This document shows, one piece after another, positions 19,052 through 27,447 of a DNA stretch of 64,000 nt. The DNA is taken from positions 21,526-85,525 of the forward strand of contig CAVSXK010000026.1 in the NCBI GenBank assembly GCA_963731925.1, given 5' to 3'. The stretch's first letter is position 1; each line of letters starts with the position of its first letter. The stretch comes from an uncultured Actinomycetes bacterium. Its GTDB lineage: Bacteria; Actinomycetota; UBA4738; HRBIN12. A program made the position numbers and the translations under genes. The notes beneath the pieces are model-generated. The model was not told where the DNA came from and made no database searches. It was given only the letters and a program-made list of their open reading frames with translations.

Positions 19052-19761
19052 CCCTTGCGCCACAGGCGAAGGGCCTCCCAGTGGATCCCGCCGAGCACCT
19101 TGAGCGTGACCATCGGGTGGGTGGCGAACACCCGCCACAGGCCGAACCGCCCGAGCTCGCGACGCATCGCCACCAGCGTCGCCGTCAGCACCTGGCCGGC
19201 GGCGACGTGCTCGCGGACGATCAGGGCCGCTCGGTCGTCGGGCGGGCGCACGCGGAAGTCGTACGTCGCCTCTTGGTCGATGAACGGCGACACGAAGAGC
19301 TCCTTGCCGAACACGTGCCGGGCGTTCCCCGCGGGATCGAGCCCGTCGACCCTCGCGAGGTGATGGTGCCACTGCCCGAAGGTGTTCGACACCTCGTAGA
19401 GCACCGCCCGGAGGTCACCCCCCGGCCCGTATCCGAACCACACCGAGATCGGGTTGAATACGTGCCCGAGGACCCTCGGCAGGGTCAGGATCCGGACGGG
19501 TCCACCCTCGAGGTCGATCCCTGCCTCCCGCAGGTAGCCCTCGAGCCACGGGCGCAGCGGCGACCCGTCGCGCGGCCCGTGGTCGCGATCCCAGAACGCG
19601 AACGGGGCCGCGCGGTTGTGACCGAACCCGGCCGCCGAGCGATCCAGCTCGTCGACCTCGTCCAGGTCCAGCCACAGGTAGTACACGCCGTAGGAGAAGC
19701 GGTGCGTCGCCGGGAAGAAGCGGCGATGCATGACGGTCCCAACGTACAGAGCGCTGTTCAT
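18973..19761 (-). CDS. DUF1365 family protein
   Basis: MNSALYVGTVMHRRFFPATHRFSYGVYYLWLDLDE... typical DUF1365; flanked by amine-oxidase-like and CFAS-like genes as recalled for RSP_1087-1091-type clusters. Confidence 0.8.
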   Translation of the reverse strand: MNSALYVGTVMHRRFFPATHRFSYGVYYLWLDLDEVDELDRSAAGFGHNRAAPFAFWDRDHGPRDGSPLRPWLEGYLREAGIDLEGGPVRILTLPRVLGHVFNPISVWFGYGPGGDLRAVLYEVSNTFGQWHHHLARVDGLDPAGNARHVFGKELFVSPFIDQEATYDFRVRPPDDRAALIVREHVAAGQVLTATLVAMRRELGRFGLWRVFATHPMVTLKVLGGIHWEALRLWRKGAPFRRHGPTPDHLVTIERGPVGVGT

Positions 19762-21060
19762 GCGGCGATCGCACCCACGAGAGCGGGCGGCCTCGGCATG
19801 ACGCCCCATGGTGCCGGCGCACCGAGGGCCGCGGCCACGTCCAGGCCGGAGCGCAGTCCGTCCTCGTGGAAGCCGTGCCCGCACCAGGCGCCGGCGAACC
19901 ACGTGCGACGGCCCCCCTGGATCGCCGGGAGCGAGCGCTGCGCGTCGAGGGCTGCCCGGTCGAACTGCGGGTGCACGTACCCGAACCGCTGCACCTCGCC
20001 TCGGGGGTCGCGGATCGGGTTGAGCGTGACGAAGACTGGCCGCTCGGTCCGCAGGTTCTGCAGCCGGTTCATCCAGTACGTGAGCGACACCGGCTTGGAT
20101 CGATCGGGCTGACCGCGCCCGTCGGCGAGGTAGTTCCAGCTGGACCACACGGCCCGGCGCCGGGGCATCAAGGCGGGATCGCGATGCAGCACGGCCTCGT
20201 TGTCCTGGTAGCGGATGGCCCCGAGGACGTGGCGCTCGCGCAGCGTCGCCTCGGAGCCGAGGATCTGGAGCGTGGTGTCGGGATGGGTGGCGAACACCAC
20301 CTCGTCGAACCGGTCGAGCCCACCTGACGCGTCGAGCACCTCGACGCCGTCCTCGTCCCGGCGGACGGCCACCACCCGCGCCGAGAGACGGATCCGATCC
20401 CGATAGCCGGCGGTCAGCCGCCGCACGTACTCCCGGCTCCCTCCGCTCACGGTTCGCCACCGTGGGCGCGCCCGCACCTGGAGGATGTCATGGCTCGAGA
20501 GGAAGCCGACCAGCGTGGTCACGGGGAACTCGAGCATGTCGTCGAGCCCGGACGACCAGATGGCGGCGCTCACGGGGAGCAGCAGGTCCAGGCGGAACTC
20601 GTCGCCGTAGCCACCGCCGCTCCAGATACGAGCCAAGCGACTCGCGCGTTCCGGACGCCAGGACCCGCGGCGCGTCTCGACAGAACCGCCGGAAGTCCCG
20701 CAGCATCCGCCAGGTCCCCGGTCGGATCGCGTTGGACGGCTGCGCGAGCAGGCCGCGGGCCCGGCTCTGGTACTCGAACGAGCCACCGCCCACCGACACC
20801 GAGAAGGACATGTCGCTCCACTCGGTCGGGACCTCGAGCACATCGAACAGGCGGACGAGGTTCGGGTAGTTCCGTTCGTTGTAGACGATGAACCCGGTGT
20901 CGACCGGGACGAGACCTCCCTCGTCCTCCACGTCGACCGTGTTCGAGTGCCCGCCGATCCGCGCCTCGGACTCGTACAGGACCACCTCGTGACGGTGGTC
21001 CAACGCCCACGCGGCGCCCATCCCGGCGATGCCGCCGCCGATGACCCCGATCCTCGCCAT
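19758..21060 (-). CDS. FAD/NAD(P)-binding amine-oxidase-like oxidoreductase (UfaD-like), interrupted by a single +1 frameshift near 20625
   Basis: N-terminus MARIGVIGGGIAGMGAAWAL (Rossmann GxGxxG) in one frame, remainder (..GGYGDEFRLDLLLPVSAAIWSS.. to ..TWFAGAWCGHGFHEDGL) in another; an extra T in cggcggTggctacggc. Confidence 0.75.
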
Positions 21061-21197
21061 GGCCCGACGGTAGAGTCGGATAGCGCCCGCTGCATCGTTT
21101 CGGCCCCCATGTGCATAGGTTCGGCAGAGGTTGGCAGAGGGCCCCGGGACGTACCGTCCGGGGTATGGATCGGATCACTCCTCGACGGCGGAGGCCC

Positions 21198-22211
21198 TCA
21201 CGCGCTGGTGGCTCGGCTCGGGCCGACCTCGCTCGCCGACGTGCTCAGCCGCTCGCACGCGCGCCACAGCCGGCGCGCATCTCGGTCGTCCACGCGGGTG
21301 CCGAGGAGTCGGTCGACCGGGCGGGCTCCACGGTCCAGCCAGAACCTGCCGGTCGTGCGCGCGGGTTCCTCCGACGCAACGAGCCAGACGATCGTGTCCG
21401 CGCCCTCCTCGGGCGTTCGGAGCCTGGGCCCGATCAGCCGGTGGAACGTCGGGAGCGAGGCGACGACGCCCGGGGTGTCGGCCCATCCGGGGTGCATCGC
21501 GTTGACCGTGATGGCCCGGCCCCGCAGTCTTCGGGACCACTCGCGGGTGAGGGTGACCAGCGCCCGCTTCGCCCTCGCGTAGGCGATGCTCCCCCGGTAC
21601 GACTCGCGCTCCATCTGCAGGTCGTCCAGGTGGAGCCCCTGCAGGTACATGCCCCCGGAGGCGACGTTGACGACGCGCGCGACGCCGGCGTTCCCGGCGG
21701 TGCGCTCGAGGAGCGGCACGAGGCCGTTCGTGAGGACGAAGGGCCCGAGCACCATCGTGGTGAACGTCATCTCGTAGCCGTCGACGGAGACCCGGCGCTC
21801 GGGCAGGAGCGCGCCCGCGTTGTTGACGAGCGCGTCGAGCCGTTCCTCGGACTCGGCCATCTGATCGGCGACCCGCCGGACGGCGGCGGGGTCGCTGAGG
21901 TCGAGCGTGTACGTCGCGACCTCGGCGCCGGGAGCGACCTGCAGGACCGACTCGCGCGCCCGCGCGGCCTTGCCCTCGTCGCGGACCAGGAGTCGCAGCC
22001 CGGCACCCATCTTCGCCAGGCGCGTCGCCGCGGCCAGGCCGAGGCCCGAGCTCGCTCCCGTGATCGCCACGACGCGACCCGTCAGGTCGAGGCGGTCGAG
22101 GTCTTCCCAGTCGAACAAGGACGAACGGATCATCGGACCGAGGTCCGTGAAGCTCAGGACCACGGACGCCTCGATCACCTCGTCGGCCAGCCGCCTGAGA
22201 TCGACCATCAC
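21198..22211 (-). CDS. short-chain dehydrogenase/reductase (SDR) family oxidoreductase
   Basis: TGASSGLG cofactor motif, NNAG, catalytic Y-x3-K (YARAK); first gene of the minus-strand lipid-modification operon. Confidence 0.8.
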   Translation of the reverse strand: MMVDLRRLADEVIEASVVLSFTDLGPMIRSSLFDWEDLDRLDLTGRVVAITGASSGLGLAAATRLAKMGAGLRLLVRDEGKAARARESVLQVAPGAEVATYTLDLSDPAAVRRVADQMAESEERLDALVNNAGALLPERRVSVDGYEMTFTTMVLGPFVLTNGLVPLLERTAGNAGVARVVNVASGGMYLQGLHLDDLQMERESYRGSIAYARAKRALVTLTREWSRRLRGRAITVNAMHPGWADTPGVVASLPTFHRLIGPRLRTPEEGADTIVWLVASEEPARTTGRFWLDRGARPVDRLLGTRVDDRDARRLWRACERLSTSASEVGPSRATSA

Positions 22212-22306
22212 AGCTCCCTGAAAGTCCCCTCCCCTCTCTTGACGCTAGCAGCGACGGGTGCCCATCCGATCCCACGAACCGATGCACAGGACAAGGAGGC
22301 CGGAAG

Positions 22307-22744
22307 ATGACCGTACTGAACGAGGAGCTGAAGGTGAGCCGACCACTCGACGAGGTCTTCGGACTGGTCGGCGACTTCGCGAACGCCGAGGTCTGGGATC
22401 CCGGCGTGGAGGAGTCCCGAGCCATCACCGAGGGACCGGTGCGCGTCGGGAGCCGGTACGAGCTGACCGTCGTGTTCAACGGCCGCCGCCTGCCGATGAC
22501 CTACGAGGTCACGGCGTTCGACCCTCCGCGCCGCGTCGAGCTGGTCGGGACGGGTTCGACAGTGGACGCGCGGGACGACATCCGATTCGAGGCGACCGAT
22601 GAAGGGACGAGGATCCTCTACATGGCCGATCTTCGGCTCAAAGGGGTGCTCCGCTTGATAGAGCCGCTCCTGCGATCGAAGTTCGAGCAGGTCGGCCGCC
22701 GGGCGATGGAGGGGATGCGCGCGGCGTTCGAGGCCAAGCCCTGA
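22307..22744 (+). CDS. SRPBCC (START/Bet v1/polyketide-cyclase-like) domain protein
   Basis: 145 aa; good RBS AAGGAGG; divergently transcribed from the SDR gene. Confidence 0.8.
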   Translation: MTVLNEELKVSRPLDEVFGLVGDFANAEVWDPGVEESRAITEGPVRVGSRYELTVVFNGRRLPMTYEVTAFDPPRRVELVGTGSTVDARDDIRFEATDEGTRILYMADLRLKGVLRLIEPLLRSKFEQVGRRAMEGMRAAFEAKP

Positions 22745-22753
22745 GGCAAGACT

Positions 22754-22921
22754 TCACAGAAGAGTGCGGACGCGCGGTCGGCAACCGAGGCCTCGAGGTG
22801 CCAGGAGGAACCGCTTGCGATCGAGCCCACCGGCGTACCCCGTCAGCGAGCCTTCGCTGCCGATCACCCGGTGGCAGGCCACGACGATGCCGATCGGGTC
22901 TGGGACGACGGTCTGGTGGAC
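22754..22921 (-). pseudogene. ogt: remnant of the C-terminal about 55 aa of O6-alkylguanine-DNA alkyltransferase (ogt/MGMT), N-terminal two-thirds missing
   Basis: ..[33 protein letters not shown] matches the MGMT active-site region (PCHRV...GYAGG..K..LL). Only about 50 nt separate it from the tRNA-Pro 3' end, too few for the missing N-terminal domain. Confidence 0.55.
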
Positions 22922-22947
22922 GGCGAAAGCATAACGGGGGGCCTCTA

Positions 22948-22990
22948 CCGGGGTTTTGTCGGGGCGGGCGGATTCGAACCGCCGGCCTCC
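22948..22990 (-). repeat. second copy of the 43-nt direct repeat (inside the tRNA-Pro gene)
   Basis: Identical to 13460-13502. Confidence 0.75.
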
Positions 22991-23022
22991 TGCTCCCAAA
23001 GCAGGCGCGCTGCCAGGCTGCG
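22949..23022 (-). tRNA. tRNA-Pro (anticodon TGG)
   Basis: Cloverleaf folded by eye: acceptor CGGGGCG/CGCCCCG, anticodon stem CCTGC/GCAGG, loop TTTGGGA, T-arm GGCGG-TTCGAAT-CCGCC; CCA not encoded. Confidence 0.85.
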
Positions 23023-23173
23023 CTACGCCCCGTCCGATGGATGCTAACGCGCCAGCCGGACGGGAGCGTCCAGGATCGAGAGCGAGAGCGTGACCCGCTC
23101 CGCTCGGGCGGGCCCGCGCACGCGCCTCGATCCGGTTCGGTCCAATGGTCACGGGTGATACAAAGGGGACCCG

Positions 23174-23845
23174 ATGCGCACCCTCCCTCGACCCCCCGTC
23201 GCCCTGCAGGATGCCGCGGTCGACCTGCGCAGCGTGACGCGACTGTTCGGCGCGGCACCTGCGCTCGTCCGCGTCGACCTGTCGATCGAGCGAGGAGAGG
23301 CGGTCGTCCTGCGGGGACCGAACGGCGCGGGCAAGAGCACGCTGCTTCGGATCGTCGCGACGGCGCTCTCGCCGACCTACGGTGGCGGATCGGTGCTCGG
23401 ATTCGACCTCGCAACCGAGCGCGAGGAGATCCGTCGGCGTTCGGAGCTCCTCACGCACCGAACGCGCCTGTACGAAGAGCTCTCCGCGCGTGAGAACCTC
23501 GAGCTGTTCGCTGATCTCCTCGGCATCAGCCGCGTCCGCGTAGGGGAGGCGCTCGAACGCGTCGCGCTCGACGACGTGGCGGACGAACGCGTGAGGACGT
23601 TCTCCGCGGGGATGCGCCAGAAGGTCGCGGTCGCCCGCGCGATCGTCCGCGATCCCGAGCTCCTCCTTCTCGACGAACCCACCACCGGTCTGGACGCCGC
23701 TGCCCGTCAGGCGGTGGACGACATGATGCTGCGTGCCTCGCGCGAGGGACGAACACTCGTGATCGCGACACATCACGAGGTCGCGCCCGGCCTCGCCGCC
23801 CGCGTCGTCACGATGCGCGATGGTTCCGTGGAGACCGGCTCGTGA
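23174..23845 (+). CDS. ccmA: heme exporter ATP-binding protein CcmA
   Basis: ABC ATPase motifs [28 protein letters not shown]; first gene of the ccmABCD run. Confidence 0.88.
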   Translation: MRTLPRPPVALQDAAVDLRSVTRLFGAAPALVRVDLSIERGEAVVLRGPNGAGKSTLLRIVATALSPTYGGGSVLGFDLATEREEIRRRSELLTHRTRLYEELSARENLELFADLLGISRVRVGEALERVALDDVADERVRTFSAGMRQKVAVARAIVRDPELLLLDEPTTGLDAAARQAVDDMMLRASREGRTLVIATHHEVAPGLAARVVTMRDGSVETGS

Positions 23846-24513
23846 CCTTCGCGCGCCAGGCGAGCGTGATCGCGCGCAAGGACCTCCTGATCGAGGTGCG
23901 CGGACGACACGCGGTCGGGACGCTGCTCCCGTTCGCGGCGACCGTCCTCGTGGCGTTCGGGTTCGCGTTCGGCCCGGGGCGGGACATCCTCGAACGGGTC
24001 GCGCCCGGTCTCCTCTGGATGGCGTTGTTGTTCTCGGCCGTCATGGCGTCCCGCCGCACGTACCAGACGGAGGCGGAGGACGGCGCCCTCGAAGGGCTGC
24101 TGCTCGCGCCGATCGACAAGGCCGCGGTCTACCTCGGGAAGACCTTCGCCGTGACGGTCGAGCTGCTCGCGCTCGTGATCGCCGTGCTCCTGCTCGTCGT
24201 GGTGCTGTTCGACCTCTCGGTCGCGAGCCCTCTCCTGCTGGTCGCCGCGTTCGTGCTCGGGGTCGTCGGACTCGCGGCGGTGGGGAGCCTCTTCGGGGTC
24301 GTCGCCGAGTCGGCGCGAACGCGCGAAGCGATCTTCCCGATGCTGGTCCTGCCGCTCGTCGCGCCGGTGCTGATCGCCGGTGTCCGCGCCACCGATCTCG
24401 CGGCGGCGGGGCGTTCGGGCGAGGTGCTCGCGTGGCTCGGTCTGCTCGCCGCGTTCGACATCGTGTTCCTGTCGGTCGGCGTCCTGGTGTTCGGCTACCT
24501 GTTGGAGGACTGA
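23842..24513 (+). CDS. ccmB: heme exporter membrane protein CcmB
   Basis: 223 aa, 6 TM, overlaps ccmA stop; CcmB-like. Confidence 0.85.
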   Translation: MTFARQASVIARKDLLIEVRGRHAVGTLLPFAATVLVAFGFAFGPGRDILERVAPGLLWMALLFSAVMASRRTYQTEAEDGALEGLLLAPIDKAAVYLGKTFAVTVELLALVIAVLLLVVVLFDLSVASPLLLVAAFVLGVVGLAAVGSLFGVVAESARTREAIFPMLVLPLVAPVLIAGVRATDLAAAGRSGEVLAWLGLLAAFDIVFLSVGVLVFGYLLED

Positions 24514-25242
24514 TTGGCGGCGACCGCGGAACGCGCACTCGGCCGGGCGACGTCTCGCGGTGGCGAGCGGACGCTCGGCATCTCGGCGATCCTCGCCCTC
24601 GGGGTGTCGGCCGTGCTCTCGCTCGTCGTGGCACCCCCCGACGCGGTGCAGGGTGAGGTCCAGCGGATCATGTACGTCCACGTCCCCGCCGCCTGGCTCG
24701 CCTACCTGTCGTTCTTCGTCGTCTTCGTCGCGAGCATCGCCTACCTGCGCACGAAGAAGACGCGTTGGGACCGGGTCGCCGCCGCATCGGCCGAGATCGG
24801 CGTGCTGTTCACGGCCCTCGCGATCGTCCTGGGGATGCTGTGGGGCAAGCCCGTCTGGGGCACGTGGTGGACGTGGGACCCGAGGCTCACGACGACCGCC
24901 GTCTTGCTCTTGATCTACGTCTCCTATCTCGCGATCCGGCGCATCACGGACAACCCGTCGCGGCGAGCACGCTGGGCGGCCGTGGTGGGCATCGTCGGGT
25001 TCGTCGACGTGCCGATCGTGCACCTGTCGGTCGTGTGGTGGCGCTCGCTGCACCAGGGATCGACGGTGTTCCGGCTGGGAGGACCCGAGATCGAGGGGAC
25101 GATGCTGCTCGCGCTGCTCGTCGGCGTCGCCGCGTTCACCGTCACGTACGCGTACCTGATGACGCTCCGCCTGCGCGTCGGGCGGCTCGAAGAGCGGGCG
25201 GCGCGCGAGGCCCTGTCACCCCTCGTCGGGGCCGAGCGCTGA
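24514..25242 (+). CDS. ccmC: heme exporter protein CcmC
   Basis: 242 aa; W-rich heme-handling motif WGTWWTWDPRLT; TTG start. Confidence 0.85.
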   Translation: MAATAERALGRATSRGGERTLGISAILALGVSAVLSLVVAPPDAVQGEVQRIMYVHVPAAWLAYLSFFVVFVASIAYLRTKKTRWDRVAAASAEIGVLFTALAIVLGMLWGKPVWGTWWTWDPRLTTTAVLLLIYVSYLAIRRITDNPSRRARWAAVVGIVGFVDVPIVHLSVVWWRSLHQGSTVFRLGGPEIEGTMLLALLVGVAAFTVTYAYLMTLRLRVGRLEERAAREALSPLVGAER

Positions 25243-25388
25243 TGGCCCCCAACGTCGGGTACGTGATCGCTGGATACCTCGTCACCGCGATCGCGCTCGG
25301 CGGGTACACGCTGCGGCTGTTCGCCCGGGCACGCGACGCGAAACGGCGCGCCCAGACGATCGCCGAACGCCGCCATGGAGGGGTTTGA
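25243..25388 (+). CDS. ccmD: heme exporter protein CcmD (small single-TM protein)
   Basis: 48 aa MAPNVGYVIAGYLVTAIALGGYTLRLFARARDAKRRAQ...; ATG overlaps ccmC TGA (ATGA). Confidence 0.6.
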
Positions 25389-25448
25389 AGGTTCGAGCGG
25401 CGAGAACGTCGGTTGGGCTGGATGGTTCTCTGGGCCTCGGTCGGATGC

Positions 25449-26369
25449 TCAGGCGTCCGCGAGCGCCTCGCGCGCCTGCGCGATCATGTCCTTCGCCTTC
25501 CCGCGTTCGACGCCGAACGGGGCCGCGTCCAAGTAGGTCTCGAACGCCGTGATGGCCTCGTCCGGGCGGTCGAGCCCTCGAAGGAGGATGACGCCCCGGA
25601 TGAACAGCGCCTCGGGGTAGCGCGGGTCGGTCGAGAGCGACCGCTCGACGGACCGCAACGCTTCCTCCGGGCGCCCGGACCGGAACAGGATGATCCCGAC
25701 GTGCGCGAGTGCCTCCGCGTCGTCCGGATCGAGGTCAAGAGCGACGGCGTACTGGGAGAGCGACTCCGCGATCATCCCGGCGTCCAGGTACCGGTGAGCG
25801 AGATCCAACCGCGCGGCCAGATCGTTCGGCTGCTCTTGCACGCGTTGCTCGAAGAACGCGAGCGGGTCGTCCGCGGCCTGGGGCGAGGAGGCCGCCTGCG
25901 TCTGCGGCTCGGCGTCGCGAGCCAGCGACGCCACCACGACGGCCAGGACGGTCCCACCGATCAGCACCGCGACCGCCCACGCGGGCACGCGACGGGGTTC
26001 GGCGGTGGCGGCTCGGACTCCCCGGCCCTCGGCCTCCCCCTCGAGCTCCTCGCCTGAGGCCCGCGCCGTCGACGCTTCGATCCCGGCCGACGCCGCAGCG
26101 TCACGACGGTCGAGCGCGCGCAGGACCCGCACCATGCGACCCTCGGTCTGCTCGCGGAATCGGAGGTAGCCGGCCTCGTCGAGCGCACCCGACGCGCGCG
26201 CATCCTCGAGGTCGGCGAGCGATCGCAGGAGCGCCTCGCGCCGGTCCTCGAGGGGGTCGGCGAGCGGTTCGACCGGCGCGGGGGCCTCGCGCAGGAACCC
26301 GGCGACCACGCCCGCGCCCGCGAGGACCGCGAGACCCGCGACCGCGAACGCCACCGCGATCGGGTTCAC
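25449..26369 (-). CDS. ccmI: CcmI/CycH-like TPR protein of cytochrome c maturation
   Basis: N-terminal TM (VNPIAVAFAVAGLAVLAGA) then TPR repeats; last gene of the minus-strand ccmEFGH(I) run; GTG start. Confidence 0.6.
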   Translation of the reverse strand: MNPIAVAFAVAGLAVLAGAGVVAGFLREAPAPVEPLADPLEDRREALLRSLADLEDARASGALDEAGYLRFREQTEGRMVRVLRALDRRDAAASAGIEASTARASGEELEGEAEGRGVRAATAEPRRVPAWAVAVLIGGTVLAVVVASLARDAEPQTQAASSPQAADDPLAFFEQRVQEQPNDLAARLDLAHRYLDAGMIAESLSQYAVALDLDPDDAEALAHVGIILFRSGRPEEALRSVERSLSTDPRYPEALFIRGVILLRGLDRPDEAITAFETYLDAAPFGVERGKAKDMIAQAREALADA

Positions 26370-26850
26370 CCGGGCTCCTGGAGGTTCGCGAGGTCGCGCT
26401 CGATCCGCGCTCGCTCGCTCGTGCTCGCGGCGACCTCGTCTCGCGGCGTCCGGCGCCGGACGAAGCCGATCCAGAGCGCCGCCCCCACGATGAGCCCGAC
26501 GATCGGGATCGCCCACGGGAGGAGGTTCAGGCCGCGCCGTGTCGGTGCGAGCAGGATCCACTCGCCGTAGCGGTCGACGAAGAAGGCCCGGACCTGCTCC
26601 GGGCTCCGGCCCGAGCGGAGCTGCGTCTCGATCTCGGCCCGCATCTCGCCGGCGAGCGCGGAGGGGGAATCGGCGACCGAGAGGTTCAGGCAGACCGGGC
26701 ATCGCAGCCCGGCGCCGATCTCGTGCACCCGGTCATCGATCGATGCCGGGCGGTCGGGACCACCGGACGCGAACACGGCGGCGAGCCCCACGACCGCGAC
26801 GGCCGCGACGAGCAGCGCGAGCGTTCGGGTTCGGCCGTTCAATCGACGTT
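26366..26850 (-). CDS. ccmH: cytochrome c-type biogenesis protein CcmH
   Basis: LRCPVC heme-lyase motif, signal-anchor, C-terminal TM; TTG start. Confidence 0.72.
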
Positions 26851-27447
26851 CCCGTCCCGGAGCGCGCTCTCGATCTCTCGGGTGAGCCACTCGTAGGTGA
26901 CGGCGCCGGTCGTCTTCGCCGAGATCGAGCCGTCCGGCGCGATCACGAACGTCTCGGGCACGCCGAACACACCGTAGGCGATCGCCGTTCGCGAATCGGG
27001 ATCGGCCGCGAGCGGCCAATCGCCACCGAGCTCGTCCCGGAACGCGAGCGCCCCCTCGTCGGTGTCTTCGAACGAGACGCCGAGGATGACGACGCCGCGC
27101 TCACGGTAGCGGCCCCATGCGGCCTCGAGCGCCTCGTGCTCCTCGCGGCACGGCAGGCACCACGACGCCCAGAAGTTCACGACGACGACCTGTCCCTCGA
27201 GGTCACCGAGGTCGAGCGTGCCGCCGTCGTCCAGCCTCGGGAGGGAGAACGTCGGCGCCGGTTGCCCGATCAGCTCGCTCGGGAGCGCCCGGGGATCCCG
27301 CCCGAGCCCCGAGGCGAGCACCACCGCGAACAGCACGATCGGCGTGAGGACGAGGGCGACCAGCCTCCATCGCGAGCGGGGTCGCCCCGGACCGGCACGA
27401 TCGTCGTCCCGGTCGGGCCCGTCGATCTCGTCGATGTCGGCGGTCAC
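26839..27447 (-). CDS. ccmG: thiol:disulfide interchange protein CcmG/DsbE (thioredoxin-like)
   Basis: WASWCLPCREE (WCxxC) and TM anchor. Confidence 0.8.
   Translation of the reverse strand: MTADIDEIDGPDRDDDRAGPGRPRSRWRLVALVLTPIVLFAVVLASGLGRDPRALPSELIGQPAPTFSLPRLDDGGTLDLGDLEGQVVVVNFWASWCLPCREEHEALEAAWGRYRERGVVILGVSFEDTDEGALAFRDELGGDWPLAADPDSRTAIAYGVFGVPETFVIAPDGSISAKTTGAVTYEWLTREIESALRDGNVD

Noticed and set aside
17114-20112. 547-aa and 511-aa plus-strand ORFs opposite heliorhodopsin/CFAS/DUF1365
   Set aside because: High-GC frame artifacts with no recognizable domains.
21111-22479. 399-aa (+) and 434-aa (-) ORFs overlapping the SDR gene
   Set aside because: Overlapping alternate frames of a clear SDR gene; low-complexity.
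22754-23776. 340-aa minus-strand ORF spanning tRNA-Pro
   Set aside because: Runs through the tRNA gene and the antisense of ccmA. Only its last about 55 codons (ogt remnant) look protein-like.
23773-25053. 426-aa minus-strand ORF opposite ccmB/ccmC
   Set aside because: Antisense artifact (runs of R, D, E, H).
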